This document shows positions 56,495-57,027 of a DNA stretch of 57,027 nt, piece after piece. Source of the stretch: Nemertoderma westbladi (lineage: Eukaryota > Animalia > Xenacoelomorpha); assembly GCA_032718475.1 (NCBI GenBank), contig JAUCBJ010008351.1:1-57027 (forward strand), given 5' to 3'. The translations under genes were made by a program, and so were the position numbers. Numbering within the stretch: the stretch's first letter is position 1; each line of letters opens with the position of its first letter. Below the pieces are notes generated by a model. It was not told the origin of the DNA and did not search any database. It was given only the letters and a program-made list of their open reading frames with translations.

Positions 56495-57027
56495 ATGTCT
56501 GACGCAAAGCAGAACCTGTCAGACAGTCTACTAGATACAACCGAGAGTGAAGTGACAGCAGAGAAACCGCATAAGAGGGATGCCATTGACATCTATCTGT
56601 CAGACTATCAGCGTTTTTGGGAGATGAAGAGTTGAGGAGAAGGCTAGAGGGACTTAGCCCTAATAGCGAAGGAACCAAGCTTGTGTTGGATGCCATCGAT
56701 GTGGAAATGAGGGCTGCGAATCAGGCTAAATTTGATGAACAACTCCGCCTGACACGAGTCCAAGAAGAACAAGTAAAGAAAAAACGTATAGAAGACAGAA
56801 AGAAAGCAGCAGTGGTAGCTGCAGAAGCAGAAAGAAAAGTGGCAGCGGCAGAGGCAGCAGCAGGGGCAAAAGCGGCAGCGGCAGAGGCAAAGGCGGCAGA
56901 GGCAGCGGCAGAGGCAAGGGCGGCAGAGGCAGCGGCAGAGGCAAGGGCGGCAGAGGCAGCGGCAGAAGCAAAGGCGACCTTGGCAGAAGCAGCAGCTGAA
57001 AGAAAGGCGGCAGAGGCAGTGGCAGAA
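56495..57027 (+). pseudogene. gag: E3 gag 5' end with an internal deletion, a frameshift and expanded Ala-rich repeats
   Basis: MSDAKQNLSDSLLDTT jumps to ..RDAIDIYLSDYQRF, with ~290 aa of E1 Gag absent. A 1-nt loss at ~56617 precedes GDEELRRRLEGLSPNSEG and (AAEAAAEAR/K)n. Confidence 0.85.

Larger units (their letters stand above)
53174..57027 (+). mobile_element. E3: BEL/Pao element, 5' part (LTR, 2.2 kb leader, gag start); runs off the window
   Basis: The leader 54285-56494 is collinear with the reverse complement of E1 20605-22818. Confidence 0.9.

Noticed and set aside
11257-56971. Numerous short ORFs antisense to or overlapping gag, pol, NAE1 and the accessory genes
   Set aside because: Shadow ORFs of real coding or repetitive sequence, with no independent motifs.

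Overview
Eukaryotic (most likely animal) AT-rich DNA dominated by nested transposable elements around one host gene, an intronless NAE1/APPBP1 (26734-28374, minus). Three related BEL/Pao LTR retrotransposons are present. E1 (9973-24075, minus) has near-identical LTRs and a CCTTT TSD; it keeps Gag and protease but has lost RT, most of RNase H and integrase. E2 (33797-~52593, minus) is 5'-truncated and very large; its gag-pol is split by an L2-group LINE. E3 (~53174 to window end, plus) shows an LTR, a long leader and a decayed gag. The main finding lies between pol and the 3' LTR of E2, where env would normally sit. There are two paralogous non-env accessory genes, each with three CCHC zinc knuckles and a shared unnamed domain. 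The larger one also has a WRN/EXD/Mut-7-like DEDDy 3'-5' exonuclease fold with a degenerate ExoIII motif, an apparent internal CCAAT/TATA promoter and a predicted intron. E1 looks like a recently mobilised recombinant, with an E3-type leader/gag and an E2-type 3' end. E1 and E3, the two copies whose 5' LTR junction is visible, show no canonical tRNA PBS; a conserved hairpin sits there instead. The rest is nested Helitron/Helentron-like, Tc1/mariner-like, foldback/MULE-like and hAT-like non-autonomous elements, LINE fragments and tandem arrays. All protein family calls are by-eye motif recognition; no database search was run.
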